Assembly: GCA_001938485.1 (NCBI GenBank) | Contig: MQRK01239657.1 | Span: 1 to 58,095 of the forward strand | DNA: 58,095 bases | Direction of reading: 5' to 3' | DNA from: Girardia tigrina | Lineage: Eukaryota | In this document: one piece after another, positions 10,946 to 23,808 of the stretch | Position numbering within the stretch: position 1 is the stretch's first letter | How the letters are laid out: each line of letters opens with the position of its first letter | Translations under genes and position numbers: made by a program | The notes under the pieces: generated by a model | Told to the model about the DNA's origin: nothing | The model's input: only the letters and a program-made list of their open reading frames with translations | The model's database searches: none

Positions 10946-12355
10946 TCAACACTTCAAAACATTATTAATTTTTACAGAAGCCAAACTTGGATTTAGAGTT
11001 GCCGAAAAGGAAGGAACACTCACTTAAATTTCTCATAAGCATAGGAATTCATCAAATTTGTTCAAGCACTCTTTTTTGCATTCCATTTTTAAATATCACT
11101 GCATTCTCAGTCGGCAGTAACAAAAAAATATTATAATCTAGTTATTGATTCTACATGCTGGTGTTAAAATGAAGAAACTAAAAATGTAAAAAATTTTAAT
11201 CATAAAAAAAATTTATTAATACAATGTCATTTCTTAACAAGATTTTATCTCTTAGATAAATTCATCTGTTTCTTCGATGTGAGGTTGAAAAAAAAGAATT
11301 GAACACCTATGTCATTCACAGACAAAAAAATACACTTTACTTGTTGTTTATAAATAATCAATCCTTCCTAGACATTTAAAGATCTCTCATACCTATAATG
11401 TGTCTAAACTAAAATTTAGAGTATTCAAAGATCAAGTCTTAACAATGAACACAAACCGAATAATTACTTCGAAATTTCATTTTCATTTAATTAATAAAAT
11501 TAACCATTCTGTCAAAAATACATAATAAAAATTCTATTTCGCTTGGATATTAATTACCACTAATCTGTTTTTGACATGTGTTTTAGTCTTGGACAAGACT
11601 ACTGGTATGGAAAAATTGTGACCTGTACATCCATCGATTTTAAATACATTTTAAGAATTTACCAGATTCTTGATTCTACAGACACTGAAGCTCAAAAAAA
11701 ATACAAAATACTGTCGATTTAGCTAAAATATTAAAATTAATCTGAGCAAATAAAAAAATAACTCATTTTAGAGCGTGCTTTTTTGTAATTATTCCATAAA
11801 TTCTTTAGTTAATTTTACACTTTCATTCTAAAAATACATTTAATCAAATAAAAAATATCTAACACTATTGATAAAATTCTTTATCCAAATTTCCTTTTCG
11901 AAATACTTTTTACTGATATCAAATATCAAAATTCATTTTACCGACTAAAATTCAAATTTAATTCGAAATTTTCTACAGTTATTCAAGACAAAAAATCTAA
12001 TTAGTTTTCCCGTAAAGGAATTCAATTTCCATTAAATATAGAAATGAAAAACATTTGTTTTACTGCATTGACACTGTAACACAGTATACGCGTAGTTATG
12101 AAAATTAACAAGTGCTGTAAATTAATTTCTTAATTAATGAATTTTATTTCACATTAAATTGACAGATAATAATCCGATATGATACAATAATAATAGTAAG
12201 CAAAATTTTTCTCGTTTATTTTCAAACCGAAAATCAAAGAAAATTTATTTCCAATTTTCGAAATTTATTTTTTTTCCATTTATCGTTTTCATTTTCTTGA
12301 TGATTTATATTTGTAAAAAATTCTCCAATTACAGACTTGAATCGCACTAATTTCC

Positions 12356-13771
12356 ATGTCTAAAATCGATTCGTACACTCTACCTCATAATAAAACATCG
12401 AAATCGTTTTGTTTTCCGAATTCATTGAATAATAATAATAATGTTATCGATCGAGAATCGGATTTAAAGAAAACGCGACTTCGATACGCAACTTTCGATC
12501 GCAATCGAAACGAATCCAATAATCATATCGCTCGAAAATCATCGCTGAAACAGAAATTATTATCGATGTTTAAAACGCATTCGAAACTGTCTCAACAAAA
12601 TTCTCCGACCGAATCGTTTGTCATCGACGAGAACAACAATCCGCGAGTCCCTGGCACGGAATACAACCCTCAGGACCGCTGCCAGAGCGCCAGTTTACGT
12701 GACAATCACTCAACTGTCAACAGAAACAGTCAAAAGCTCATTAAATCCAACGAAATCCATGATTCGTATTTCAAACGTTTGGATTCCGGTGATTTGACCC
12801 TCATCGATCAGTTTCCAGTTCATCCAATCAACGCTCAAATCCTCAAATACATCACCGAATCGAATTGCTCATCGATAAAACTGCCGTCGAATTGGTGCAA
12901 TACGATCGGTTCGAATAGTCTGACGAATAGTTTCGTTATGCCGTTTATTTCGACAATTCCCGGTCTGATGGGTATTGAAAATCACGGTAGCACGTGTTAT
13001 GTCAATGTGATAATTCAATGTCTCGCTCATATCGATCCAGTTGCCGAATATTTCGCCACAAAAGACTATCTCAATCACGCCAAAGACCATCGACAATCGA
13101 GCCAGAATTCCCAACTCGTCACCGGGTTTGATGTGATGGTGGCCTTTTCGTATTTTCTTCAATCGCTCTGGCAGACGACTTATCAGAATAAAATCTCCAT
13201 GAAATTCTGTCAATTATTGACGATGCACAAATCCGAATTCAGTCTCGATTCTCAGCAGGATGCGCATGAATTACTGCTCTTCATTCTCAATCTCCTCCAT
13301 GACAATCTCGTTCAAAAATCTCCGACTACGAAAATCGAAAACGGTCAAGAATCGCACGACAGGAACACGATAAACGAATCGACTGACAATAGAAACAATG
13401 GATTCGAGTCGGAAACGTCGTTTATTTATCAGAAATTCCGGGGATTGTTGTCGAATGAAATCGTGTGCCCCGAATGTCGATATTCGCGGAAAACGTTCGA
13501 TCAGATTTTGTCGTTGAACTTGCAAATTCCGAAACAATCGATAAAAACCACCGGTACCGGAGAATTGAATGGGACTGGAGCGGTGGAGTCGGTGATGATG
13601 TGTATGGTGGTGAATAATCAGAATCAGGTGCCCGAAAGACACGGGTTTGAGATCGATTCGGGTACGAGTGTCGGGGATGTGAGGCTGGTTGTGGCCGGTC
13701 GGCTTGGGTGCAGTCGGGGGGATATCGTCATCGTAGAACTCGGGGATGGTGGGTTCGGAACTCCGCTCTCG
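12356..13771 (+). CDS. USP31/43: Ubiquitin carboxyl-terminal hydrolase, USP31/USP43-like, exon 1 (Cys box, QQDAHE, first CxxC)
   Basis: GIENHGSTCYVNVIIQCLAH Cys box, QQDAHELLLFILNLLH, FRGLLSNEIVCPEC...FDQILSLNLQIP. Phase-0 GTGAGA donor at 13772, so the ORF tail to 13831 is intronic. Confidence 0.93.
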
Positions 13772-14479
13772 GTGAGATCTGCTGCTATTTACTTGAACAC
13801 AATAACCAATAATATTGTCAATAGTTCTTAAATTAACGACTCAATAACTAATCGCTACTGTAACCAAATTACATGTCTCTTTTTAAGTTCCAGGAACGCC
13901 AATATCGTTTTCAATTTACATAATTTCCTTTGGTAATAACGAAGATTTGTTTCCGGCATTAACATTCAAATTGTCTAATGTCGGAGTCGATCGTCACCGA
14001 TATTTATGTAAATCTTTGTGATTAAAAACCGCGTAGAGGTGTTAATAATCTAGAGGATGAGTGGCGAGCATACGGGAGATTGTGTACACCGAAGAATGGA
14101 CAATTTAATCATAGAGTCGCTTGCAATAATTAGTAATTTACTGTCATTTAAGAGCGAAATAATATAAAAAATCAGCGCTCTAAAAATATGTCCAATGAAA
14201 TACGAGATACAAATGATATAACATTAACCTCCAGAAATTTAAACCCTTTTACAAATAAAAAACACTAAAAGAATTAGAAAATTTTAACAATGATCTTGCA
14301 GTGCAGATGATCTCGGAAAACGAATTTTATTATTTATACTTTTATATTAATTAAACAGATACGTCTAGAAACAACTAAACAAAAAAAATCCATGTCAGAA
14401 GAAAGACGAATCTAAAATGACTTATTTGCGACAAAATATGTTAAATTTAATGTATCATTAATAGTAAATTCGTCAATTA

Positions 14480-15758
14480 TTAGGGTGATGCAAAGAAAAT
14501 GTCGATTTTTAACCGTCAATTTTAAATGAACATAACTTTCTTTAGAATTAACTTTATTAGTCAAAATAAAAACCATTACATTGAACACACTGTTGCCAAC
14601 GGGTAACAAGTTTTTTTATTCCAGTGTCATAAAATTCTGGAGTTCTGGAGGCGATGAAGTCGTCCAAGGCTCTTTCAGTATCTCCTTGGTTTCTGAAGCA
14701 TTTTTCGCAAAGGAACTGACTGAAATGTTCGAACAAGTGTAGTATGTAGAGAAAGGTCTGGTGAGTACGGTGGATGAGGCATAGTTTCATATCCCAGTTC
14801 GTTTAACTTCAGCATGGTCTTTCTTGCAACATGTGGACGAACGTTGTCATGCAGAAGAATTGGCCCCTTTCTATTGTGTATTGCCGGTCGTTTTTTGTAG
14901 TTCTTGGTGCATTTTGTCAATTTGCTGACAATATTTTTCAGCTGGAATTGTTTCACCTTGTTTTATGAAGCTGTAATGGATTAACCCGTGTGCGGTTCAC
15001 CAAACAGTTATCTTGACATTTTTTGGTGTAATTTTGGCTTTGGGAAAGTCTTTGGAGCCTCATTGAAATTTAACCACTGAGCTGAACACCGCCGGTGGTT
15101 GTATAGGATCCATTTTTTATCGCACGTTACAAATCGATCCAGAAACGGGTCGCTTTAATTACGCAAAAGCAGCGACGAACACACGTTAAAACGACGATTT
15201 TTTTGATTTTCGTTTAATTCGTGCGGCACCCACTGTCCAGCTTTTTCACTTTCCCGATTTTGTTCAGATGGCGAACAACTGTTGATTGGTGAACGTTGAG
15301 TTCTTGAGCGACTTCCCGTGAATTTTTATGCAGGTCGGCATTGATTAACTTCTTCAAATGGTTGTCGTCAACTTGTGATGGTCGACTACCGTGTTCTTCA
15401 TCTTCAAGGCTCTCGTTGCCACTACGAAACTTAGAAAACCAACGTTGTACTGTTCGTAAATTAGTGGTATGTTGTCCAAATACATTGTTAATATTCCGAG
15501 CCGTTTCTGTCGCTTTTCGACCTAGTTTGAACTAGTAGAATAAAATTGTTCACATTTTCTTCTTTTCTAACATTTCTAAAATATAATAAATACACCTTAA
15601 ATTGACAACAATAATGTCATAATTGGTATCAAAACATACAGTAAAGTTTAAGCTTTAAAGTAAATTTAAATATGAATCTATTTATTAATGATTTTCTAAA
15701 TATTTCAAACAATGAATATTAAATACATTAAAACGACATTTCTTTTGCATCAACCTAA
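14480..15758 (-). mobile_element. Full-length (about 1.28 kb) mariner element, cecropia/Hsmar1-like, inactivated
   Basis: TIRs TTAGGGTGATGCAAAGAAAATGTCG / CGACATTTCTTTTGCATCAACCTAA with TA TSD. Transposase about 15573-14557 has FKLGRKATETARNIN, VQRWFSKFRSG, LLHDNVRPH, HPPYSPDLS and WQQCVQCNGFYFD*, with stops and frameshifts. Confidence 0.95.
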
Positions 15759-15914
15759 TAGTAAAACATAAAATCGTATAATTAATGATAAATTTAAAAA
15801 ATAATTGCAAATACTTTTCAAAAATAAAAAGACGCCATTTTAAAGTAAAAATTTTTAAACAGAAGATTCATAATGTTTTTTTTTATGTTCATCAATATTA
15901 CTACTACGACTTAG

Positions 15915-15990
15915 ATGTCCATGCTGACGAATCCGTTTACGGAGATGACGGACTGTCTCTCCAATGTATGTGGCGTTGCACCCATTACAC
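15915..15990 (-). mobile_element. Penelope-like GIY-YIG fragment
   Basis: Minus strand CNGCNATYIGETVRHLRKRIRQH, closely similar to 44880-44955. Confidence 0.7.
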
Positions 15991-16411
15991 TCAAATTGCA
16001 AATTAATTAAGATTATCAAAAAATAACACTGTACAGTTAAGTGTTACAGTTAAGTGTACAGTTAACACTGTACTCTTAAGTGGAGATGATAACCAACTCT
16101 TAACTGCAAGAGATCGTAGAAAAATAATGTATTTAAAAATAAGGCCTGATCCCAAGAACTTGGTACACTTACAGATTCATTCAGATATAGTTGTTAAACT
16201 CCAAATTCATAATTTTGAACTTCAAATTCTTACATTTAAGAAATTTAAATTTTTTATTTTGAAAACATTTGTTTAGATTCCATATTAGTCACAAAATTAA
16301 AAATTTTAAATTAACTTATTTTAAGATAATAATTCTCTTTATTTTAAATCATACAATAAGTAATTGTTGAAAATAAAAGTTGAAATTAAATTAAATATAG
16401 TATAATAATAA

Positions 16412-17348
16412 TGTTATGCCGAATTTGTGTAATTGCTGAATTCACGAACTCGGTAATTTTTAAAAATTTTTTTTAATTCAATTATGAAATTGATATTATT
16501 ATTTAATATGAAAAAATATGTATCTAATATGAAAATCTTTGTATTTAATATGAAAAAAATCAGCATAATATGAAAAATTATCGATTTAATATGAAAATTA
16601 TGTTTTTAATACGAAAAAATTATCAATTTAATATATAAATGCTTTTAAAATGCAAATTTTTGTAATTCAGCTTGCCACGAAGGAAGAAGTTTAAATAACT
16701 ATCAATAAAAATTTTACATTTGTAATCTATAAGATTTTTTCATATTTAATTTATTTTTTCATATTAAATTGATAACTTTTAATGATAAATTGATATTTTC
16801 GTCATATTAAATTGATATTTTCTCATATTAAATTGATTTTTTTCATATTTAATCAATAATTTTTCATAATTAATTGACATTTTTTTCGTATTAAAAACAT
16901 AATTTTCTTATTAGATCGATATTTTTCATAATAAAATTGATATTTTTTCATATTAAATTAATTTTTAATACTAAATACATAATCTTTCATTTTAAATTGA
17001 GAAATTTTCATTTTACAATGAAAATTTTTCATAAAAATATTGAAATTTGAAAAAAAAAGTCTAGTTTATAAAGTTGCAACATCGATATTCGAGTTCATTT
17101 TTTAAACACGAAAATTTATTTTTAATTTTAAAATATTGAATAAGCATATTAACATTAAAATATTTCACCCCTTTAAATTAAAAAAATAATACATTATTCT
17201 GGCGAGATAAAAATTTAAATTAACCCCTCATATCGGCAATTACACTATTTCAGCAAACTGTTGCCAAATTCACGAACTCGGCAAAATATTTTGCCTAATT
17301 CGTGAATTCGGCAATTTTTTTCTCCTAATTCACGAATTCGGCATTATA
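16412..17348. mobile_element. Foldback-like non-autonomous element, copy A
   Basis: Terminal TATGCCGAATT...AATTCGGCATTA, subterminal TTCACGAA(C/T)TCGGC repeats, and inverted arrays of an approximately 20-bp ATTTAATATGAAAAAATATC unit around a unique core. Related copies at 47075 and 55581. Confidence 0.8.
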
Positions 17349-19420
17349 TATATGAGCTCAAACGACAGAACATTTTTCTACTAATTCATTTATGATAATG
17401 AGAATATGATATGAAAAAATTATTTATAAAAATTTGTGAAAAAATAAAAAAATTAGATTCATGGGAAAATTTTTAATTTTCGAAAAATTTCAATTTCAAA
17501 AAACATTTATTTAAGCTTCAACAAATACATTAAACATAACATAAAAATTAAAACATTTAATGTAATGGTTGTCGTGTAGGTAGATTCATCGTCACGTTAA
17601 ATTTAAAGTTCTTAAATGTATGAATTTGAAATTCAAAAAATGAATTTGATGTGTAAAAGTATGGATTTGAAGTTAAAAAAGACTATATTAAGCATATAAC
17701 CTAATTTCTCAATTAATCTTTATCATCAGTTACATTATTCACACCATAGGGTTATTCCATCGCGAGAGAACATATATGACTTTTAATAGTATTTTCATAG
17801 ACCAAAATTTTGAAAAATCCAACAAAAAGTTATTTAATCTCCTTAATCAGATCTAAAATTTAAAAAAACAAGAAATAAATCGACTGAAATTTCGAAAAAT
17901 AATTAAAAAAATTGAAACATTATACAAAAAATTTTTTTCTAAATTTATTTTCTCGTCATTTCAATGTCTGATTAAAAAAATAATACATCGTTAGACTTTT
18001 CATAACGTTCACAATCAAAAGGCTGAAAAAAAGTTGTAAAATCAAAATAAAAACGAAAAAAATGTCAATTTGGAATAAAATGTTATCATATTTATTTTAA
18101 AAAATTTGTCGAATTCTTATTGGTGGTAAATCAAAAATATTTTGCCAATCCTGAAATTAAATATAAATTAAAATAAAATTCGTCAACTGTTCTGTAATTT
18201 GACTAGGCTATCCATTTAAGTTTTAACAGAACATGAATAATGACTAGAAAATTTTATTTAATAACCGATTAAAATATTAAAAAAATATTTTATCTCTACT
18301 CAAGACACGGTTACAAAGTCAACGGTAGATGTTAAAGGAGATGTATAATTTGAGAGCTGGCATAAGAACACATATGGACATAATTTTTTTCCTAATAATT
18401 TTTTTTTCTAAAAAATGAAACGAGCGTAAATATTTTATTTAGATTTTGATATTCAAAATAGAATATTTATTAAAATATCATTGTAACTCAGGGGGCATAA
18501 AATCCGTAATATAAGGGGAGTTCTTAATTCAATGAGTTTTGTCAAGTTTTAATCAGTCATATTTTTTAATTTAATAAAATATCGGATTTTTTTTTCATTT
18601 AAAATCTACGTTTTGATGATTTATTTTATTTACTCAAGAAATTTATAATAGGTGACATCTTAAATTTATGAGATAGGATTTTATTTACAAATCTTGATCC
18701 TGAGCCAAGCCGAATAAAATACAAGCGAAGTATAAATATCAATTAATAATTAATAATATTAATTTCAAATTTGTTTACATTTATTATTTTTCTGAGTTAT
18801 TTTAATTACTATGTTCACTTTTTTTAATTATTAAAATTTTTATTATTATTACAATATATATTGCTAATATTTGTTAAGTATAAATGACTATTTTGTAATT
18901 GTATTTTTTCGTTGATTCATTTTATTTCAAAATCTCTTATAATAATATATAAACTATTTTGAATTAAAATATTTTAATTCTAGTTTACATTGATTTAATT
19001 CTTTCTTTTCAAAATAAGCCAAGCAAATGATAAATTTAAGTGTTTCGTTTGAAGCCAATCATCTTGGATTTCTAATTATTTTAAAATGATACGTTTCGGT
19101 ACACTAACAAATCTTCTGCAATATGAAGAAGGGTTAAATTAAAATAATATATCAATTATTTTTTTCACTAAATTAGTAAAAATGTCATCTATCAAGTTCA
19201 TAAGACAATTGTTCTGGCCAAGAAACGCTTCGATGGTGCAGACGTATTGGTCTTAATATTCACATAAATGACAAATTAATCATTCTTTTGCGATTCATGT
19301 GATCCAGGTTAGGATGAATCTAAGTTGAATAAATTCTTAGGTAGGACGCCAAATTAATGTTTATAATTAACAATAATAATAACAATCAGTATTGATCATA
19401 ATAACCTTAATATATTTTAA

Positions 19421-20160
19421 CTAGGGTGAATCCGTTTCACCAGGCCTGGCGAATTTTAAACGAATCACTTTAATCATCGGCTACTTCACACAGACAGAAA
19501 TCATAATTCTGTTATATTATTAATTAGTTAAATATATTAAGCATTTCTGGAAAAACGGAAAGACTTCCGATCTGCCCCCACACAAATTTTTAATTCATAA
19601 TTAATTGCATGAATAAACAATTAATAAATCAACTAAATAAATAAATTATTTTTACATTGATGTCAAAAGTCTTAGAAAAATTTAAGCTATTGATTTTCTT
19701 CTTAATTTTTGTGAGTGGGCAGATCGGAAGTGTTTCCGTTTTCCAGAATTAAAAAAATAATTAAATTATGTAATTCAATTATCGATTTATTAAATGAATT
19801 AATACTTTTATTACCGAATTCATTCATCTTCTAAATCTTTAATCGACGACGAAGCAAAATTTTCGGAATCATCTCGTCGAGGATCAATCGATTTTCATCC
19901 AAATTCATCATATTTCCTTCTTTTAGTTTTTTTATTGTTGACATTAATTTTTTTTGTATTTATGTTGACTCTTTTCATCGTTGATTCATCGACTTCTCGT
20001 CGGATCGGTGGCGGAGGCACATCGTTGGAATCGTCGCGTAGATTCCGGATCAATCGGTTATTTTGTCATTTTAAAAAAATAATGAAATTTGTTTTACTGA
20101 ACTCCGGGAACTTCACACAGACAGAATGACAGACAGAAATCATAATTCTATTATAGTATT
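19421..20160 (-). mobile_element. Non-autonomous Helitron-like element(s)
   Basis: CTAG at 19421-19424 with the hairpin TTCACCAGGCCTGGCGAA about 12 nt inside. The (GACA)n-type block CTTCACACAGACAGAA...TCATAATTCT occurs twice (about 19484 and 20111). Confidence 0.45.
19545..19748. mobile_element. MITE with about 45-bp TIRs
   Basis: TTCTGGAAAAACGGAAAGACTTCCGATCTGCCC...GGGCAGATCGGAAGTGTTTCCGTTTTCCAGAA. Confidence 0.75.
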
Positions 20161-20531
20161 AATAATTAAAATGACCAAATAATTCGATATGGTTTATTCA
20201 CTTTTAATAACACTCTGTCCATAACAGAAATAATTAAAGTTAGATGAAGCAAAAATATTGCTTTGTATCAATATAAAAATAAAATGATTGTTTTTGAAAT
20301 TTAAACTTAAACTTTCTTCATGTTATAAAAAAAGCCTTTTAGTACTTTTAAATATGTCATTTTACTTCAACAATAACATATGTTTTATTATTAAATTAAA
20401 AAATATATTTCTATTAGAAAGTATTGTTTAGATTAATGTATGATTTCATTTTAACGCATAAATGTTTTCCGATTTTAGAACATAATATACAATTTTTTTT
20501 ATGAAATAACTCTAAAATTACTAAATCTAAC

Positions 20532-20965
20532 TATTAACAGCATCAATATGATTTTTTCAACATTTATTATTATAACAAGCAGAATTGTCATTACAACAAT
20601 TATTCAAACCACTTTCGCTATTCTACATTTACTTGATTATTTCTGAGTTTTAGCCTAATTTTTGAAAATAAATGAAAAATATTTATTAATACTAATTAAT
20701 TATCAAGATTCTAATAGGTTAAAATTAAATCTAAACATCTTAAAAAGTAACAATTAAATTAATATATTAAGATTTTAAATTAGATTAAAAATTAAATATT
20801 ACATATGAAAAAATTTAAATCTTTTTACTTTAAAATTAAATTATTTTCAATTAGTCGAAACCAAAGAAAATTCCAATCATCCACATGAGTAGGAGAGACA
20901 TCATTCGAATCCAACACACTACATGCACAATATAAAACAGCAAACAAATCAAAACATTCCTCATA
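20532..20965 (-). mobile_element. Solo-LTR-like dispersed element, copy 2
   Basis: Perfect 5-bp TSD CTAAC/CTAAC. Minus strand runs TATGAGGAA...GTTAATA. Family motif present; close to copy 7. Confidence 0.85.
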
Positions 20966-20989
20966 CTAACAATACTAAAACTTCACACA

Positions 20990-21801
20990 GGCGCACAGGG
21001 TAGTGAATCATAGACTTTGTATCGGGTAGAAACCATTTGACAAATACAAAGTTTTCTGATCCTCTCACACGGCTTCATATACAAGAGTCTGAGCTTTCAA
21101 TCCACGGGACCGCTTCGGCTTCCCTCTGAGAAATGACCAGTCATGTTCCTTCGTTCCGTGATTCTTGAGACTTCTGGATGTATATTATAGCCAATGCTGA
21201 GTATTATTTATATTGCATTGCCATTTATATTATATTTATATTATATTGCCATTTTAAATAACTAATTGCGATATTAAAATTCTCTTCTTCATTTTCATGT
21301 ATCTTTTAGAGGAATAATTGCGATTTCAATTATCAAAATTAATAATGTTACGTTGGATTTTTTAATTGAGATTTCAATATTATTTTATATAAAATTTGTA
21401 CAAATAAATAAAAAGAGTGTACCGATATTTCTCGATGAATTTCCTGGATTATGCTGATAGAACTGAAATTTAAATAAATTATATTTCATTGAATGCATTC
21501 TAACAACTCAGAGGAGCATTTTGCTGGCATAAAATAAGGGTTGATCTTTACTTTACTAAATACTGGAGGATGGTCGTTATCGTTCTAAAAACATATTTAA
21601 GGTTAACTCCATCTTGACATTGTTTAACCTGTTCTTAGGATTTAGGATGGTGATCTTTTCCACGTTTTTCTCACTTTAAATTAATCTAAATTTAATTTAA
21701 AATTGAGATTAATTGACATTAATTAATTAAGACATGTTTAAAGGATCAACGTCATTTTTGGCATTGTTAAACAGTTCTTAGAATTTAGGATGGCCTTAAA
21801 A
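20990..21801. repeat. Composite local duplication: inverted copy of 23221-23440 plus direct copy of 25021-25579
   Basis: 20990-21209 is the reverse complement of 23221-23440 (one difference seen). 21243-21801 matches 25021-25579 (about six substitutions seen). Confidence 0.9.
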
Positions 21802-23022
21802 CCATTTGTCTAAAAAAGTTGTGCGTCACATAGATTACTGGTTGACTAATTCAACTAATTAGTCTATTTCATACTGTACGTACGGTTTTTAATTTTTGTT
21901 TACTGAGTATTGAATCAAAGCCTCTTGTCCCGGTTTTAAAATTGTTAGTCGCGTTTATGCCATTTTCATTGTTAGCAAGATCACAATTCATATTCAATAC
22001 AAAAATTTATTTATGAAAATAATACACATAAACAAATTTCTAGTTAATTTAATCGCTTCGCCAAAATTAATTTATTAAATATTTTCTTTTAGTTTAATTT
22101 GTAAAATCTAACTTACAATTATAAAATTTATTTATAAAAATGTTATCATAAAACTATTAAATTTAAATTTACAACAAGCATTTTATTTAAAAAAATATTT
22201 CTTAAAAATATTATAAATTTTAATCCGTTTATTATTTATTTTAAAATTTTGATTTTCAAACTTTTACTAATTATTTTCATATATATCAATTGTTATTTAT
22301 GTAAACATTTTTTTGGTTTTATATAATAATTTATTTTTTGTTTGTTTTTTAAAAATAATTTTTTAACTTTTTAAATTTTAAAACTTTTTGTATTTATTTA
22401 ATTTTGTTTTTTTTAATTTTCGAATTAAAAAATCATAAATTATTTGGCAACGTGAAAATTTTAACTAACTCATAAAAATATTATTGTCTTCTTTCGATTC
22501 TGTTTTCTATGAGTTCCTGGGTTCCTTTACACGATTCCTTTAACAGATCTAACAGGCTTTATGCAGCTTAGAAAGTAACACCGGGAAGTTTTTTTCGTCT
22601 GTATATATCTAAAAATTGCCACTTAATTTACTTTCCTTTAAGTTTTCTCGTCAAGTGTCAGACCTCAGAGAACTAAAATAATTGAATTTATTTTATTCTC
22701 TTCTTGTTAATTCCATTTTTACAATTTTGAACTTGTATTCTAGCTTATAAATATATCAGTTATTAATTTCAGTCTATTACTAACACTTTGAAGATTTTAA
22801 ATTTGTATATCATTAAATCCTGCTTTAGTCAGCTTAAAATTACCAAAATAAGCTAAACTTTGTAAACCTGCTACACATTATAACGTCATTTTCAGCTGTT
22901 CCAGATTGATTTTAGACAACAAATAGTTCGTTTTTTCACTTAAAAATGGAAAACTTTTAATTATCATAATAGTTTCATGTTAATTTCAGTATTAATGTGT
23001 TCTTATATATGTTCTTATATAA

Positions 23023-23639
23023 AAAAGAATTTTTTTGCATTTACTCAATTGAAAAATTAAAAAAAATTTATTTATTAAAATAGATTTGTTTCTCGAAATA
23101 TTCTGGTTCAGTTGAATGATGTAGTTTTAATTGAATTAATTAAATTTTTTTTTAAAAAAATGGCTGAATGAAAGTTTAATAAGCCTCCCCCGACTGTTAC
23201 AGTATATTACGGCGTATTGCAAATAATACTCAGCATTGGCTATAATATACATCCAGAAGTCTCAAGAATCACGGAACGAAGGAACATGACTGGTCATTTC
23301 TCAGAGGGAAGCCGAAGCGGTCCCGTGGATTGAAAGCTCAGACTCTTGTATATGAAGCCGTGTGAGAGGATCAGAAAACTTTGTATTTGTCAAATGGTTT
23401 CTACCCGATACAGAGTCTATGATTCACTACCCTGTGCGCCAATGTATTATTTGTAATACGCAGTTATCCGTAACAGTCGCGGGAGGCTTATTAAACTTTT
23501 ATTCAGTCATATTTTTTTAAAAAAAATAATTAAAACTACATCATTCAGCTGAACCAGAATATTTCGAGAAACAAATCTATTTTGATAAATAAAATTTTTT
23601 TTAAATTTTTCAATTGAGTAAATGCAAAATAAAATCTTT
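23023..23639. mobile_element. Long-TIR MITE/foldback (about 200-bp arms) with GC-richer core of about 200 bp
   Basis: Arms at about 23023-23240 and 23438-23639 are inverted repeats, e.g. GCATTTACTCAATTGAAAAA / TTTTTCAATTGAGTAAATGC and TAAGCCTCCCCCGACTGTTAC / GTAACAGTCGCGGGAGGCTTA. Confidence 0.85.
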
Positions 23640-23808
23640 ATCAGTTTGTTGACAGTTCATACATTCAATTATATTCATCCTATTCAGTGCCTTATTTTGA
23701 TTGTGATATGTATAATATCACTGTATGCCATCGGATGGGATCCTTTTACACTAAGGAAAAGAGAACTGGATAAATAGTTACATAGATCGTCATTTTCATA
23801 ATTTTTTG

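Noticed and set aside
9900-11000. Telomerase RNA interpretation of the structured locus
   Set aside because: No template of about 1.5 repeats for TTAGGG or TTAGG on either strand (only isolated CCCTAA at about 10152 and 10631), and no clean H/ACA tail.
11260-11827. Spliced minus-strand frame readable if TAA/TAG encode Gln, with faint USP His-box resemblance (SGHNFS...NGxFYxLNENEIS...LIIY)
   Set aside because: The number of TAA/TAG codons is about what random AT-rich DNA would give, the collagen gene ends in TAA under the standard code, and the resemblance is too weak to support a call.
12869-13642. Antisense ORFs of 114 and 123 aa
   Set aside because: Shadows of the GC-richer USP exon 1 with no recognisable domain.
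16480-17030. CRISPR-like periodicity of about 20-bp units
   Set aside because: Degenerate head-to-tail units without unique spacers, inside a eukaryotic foldback element.
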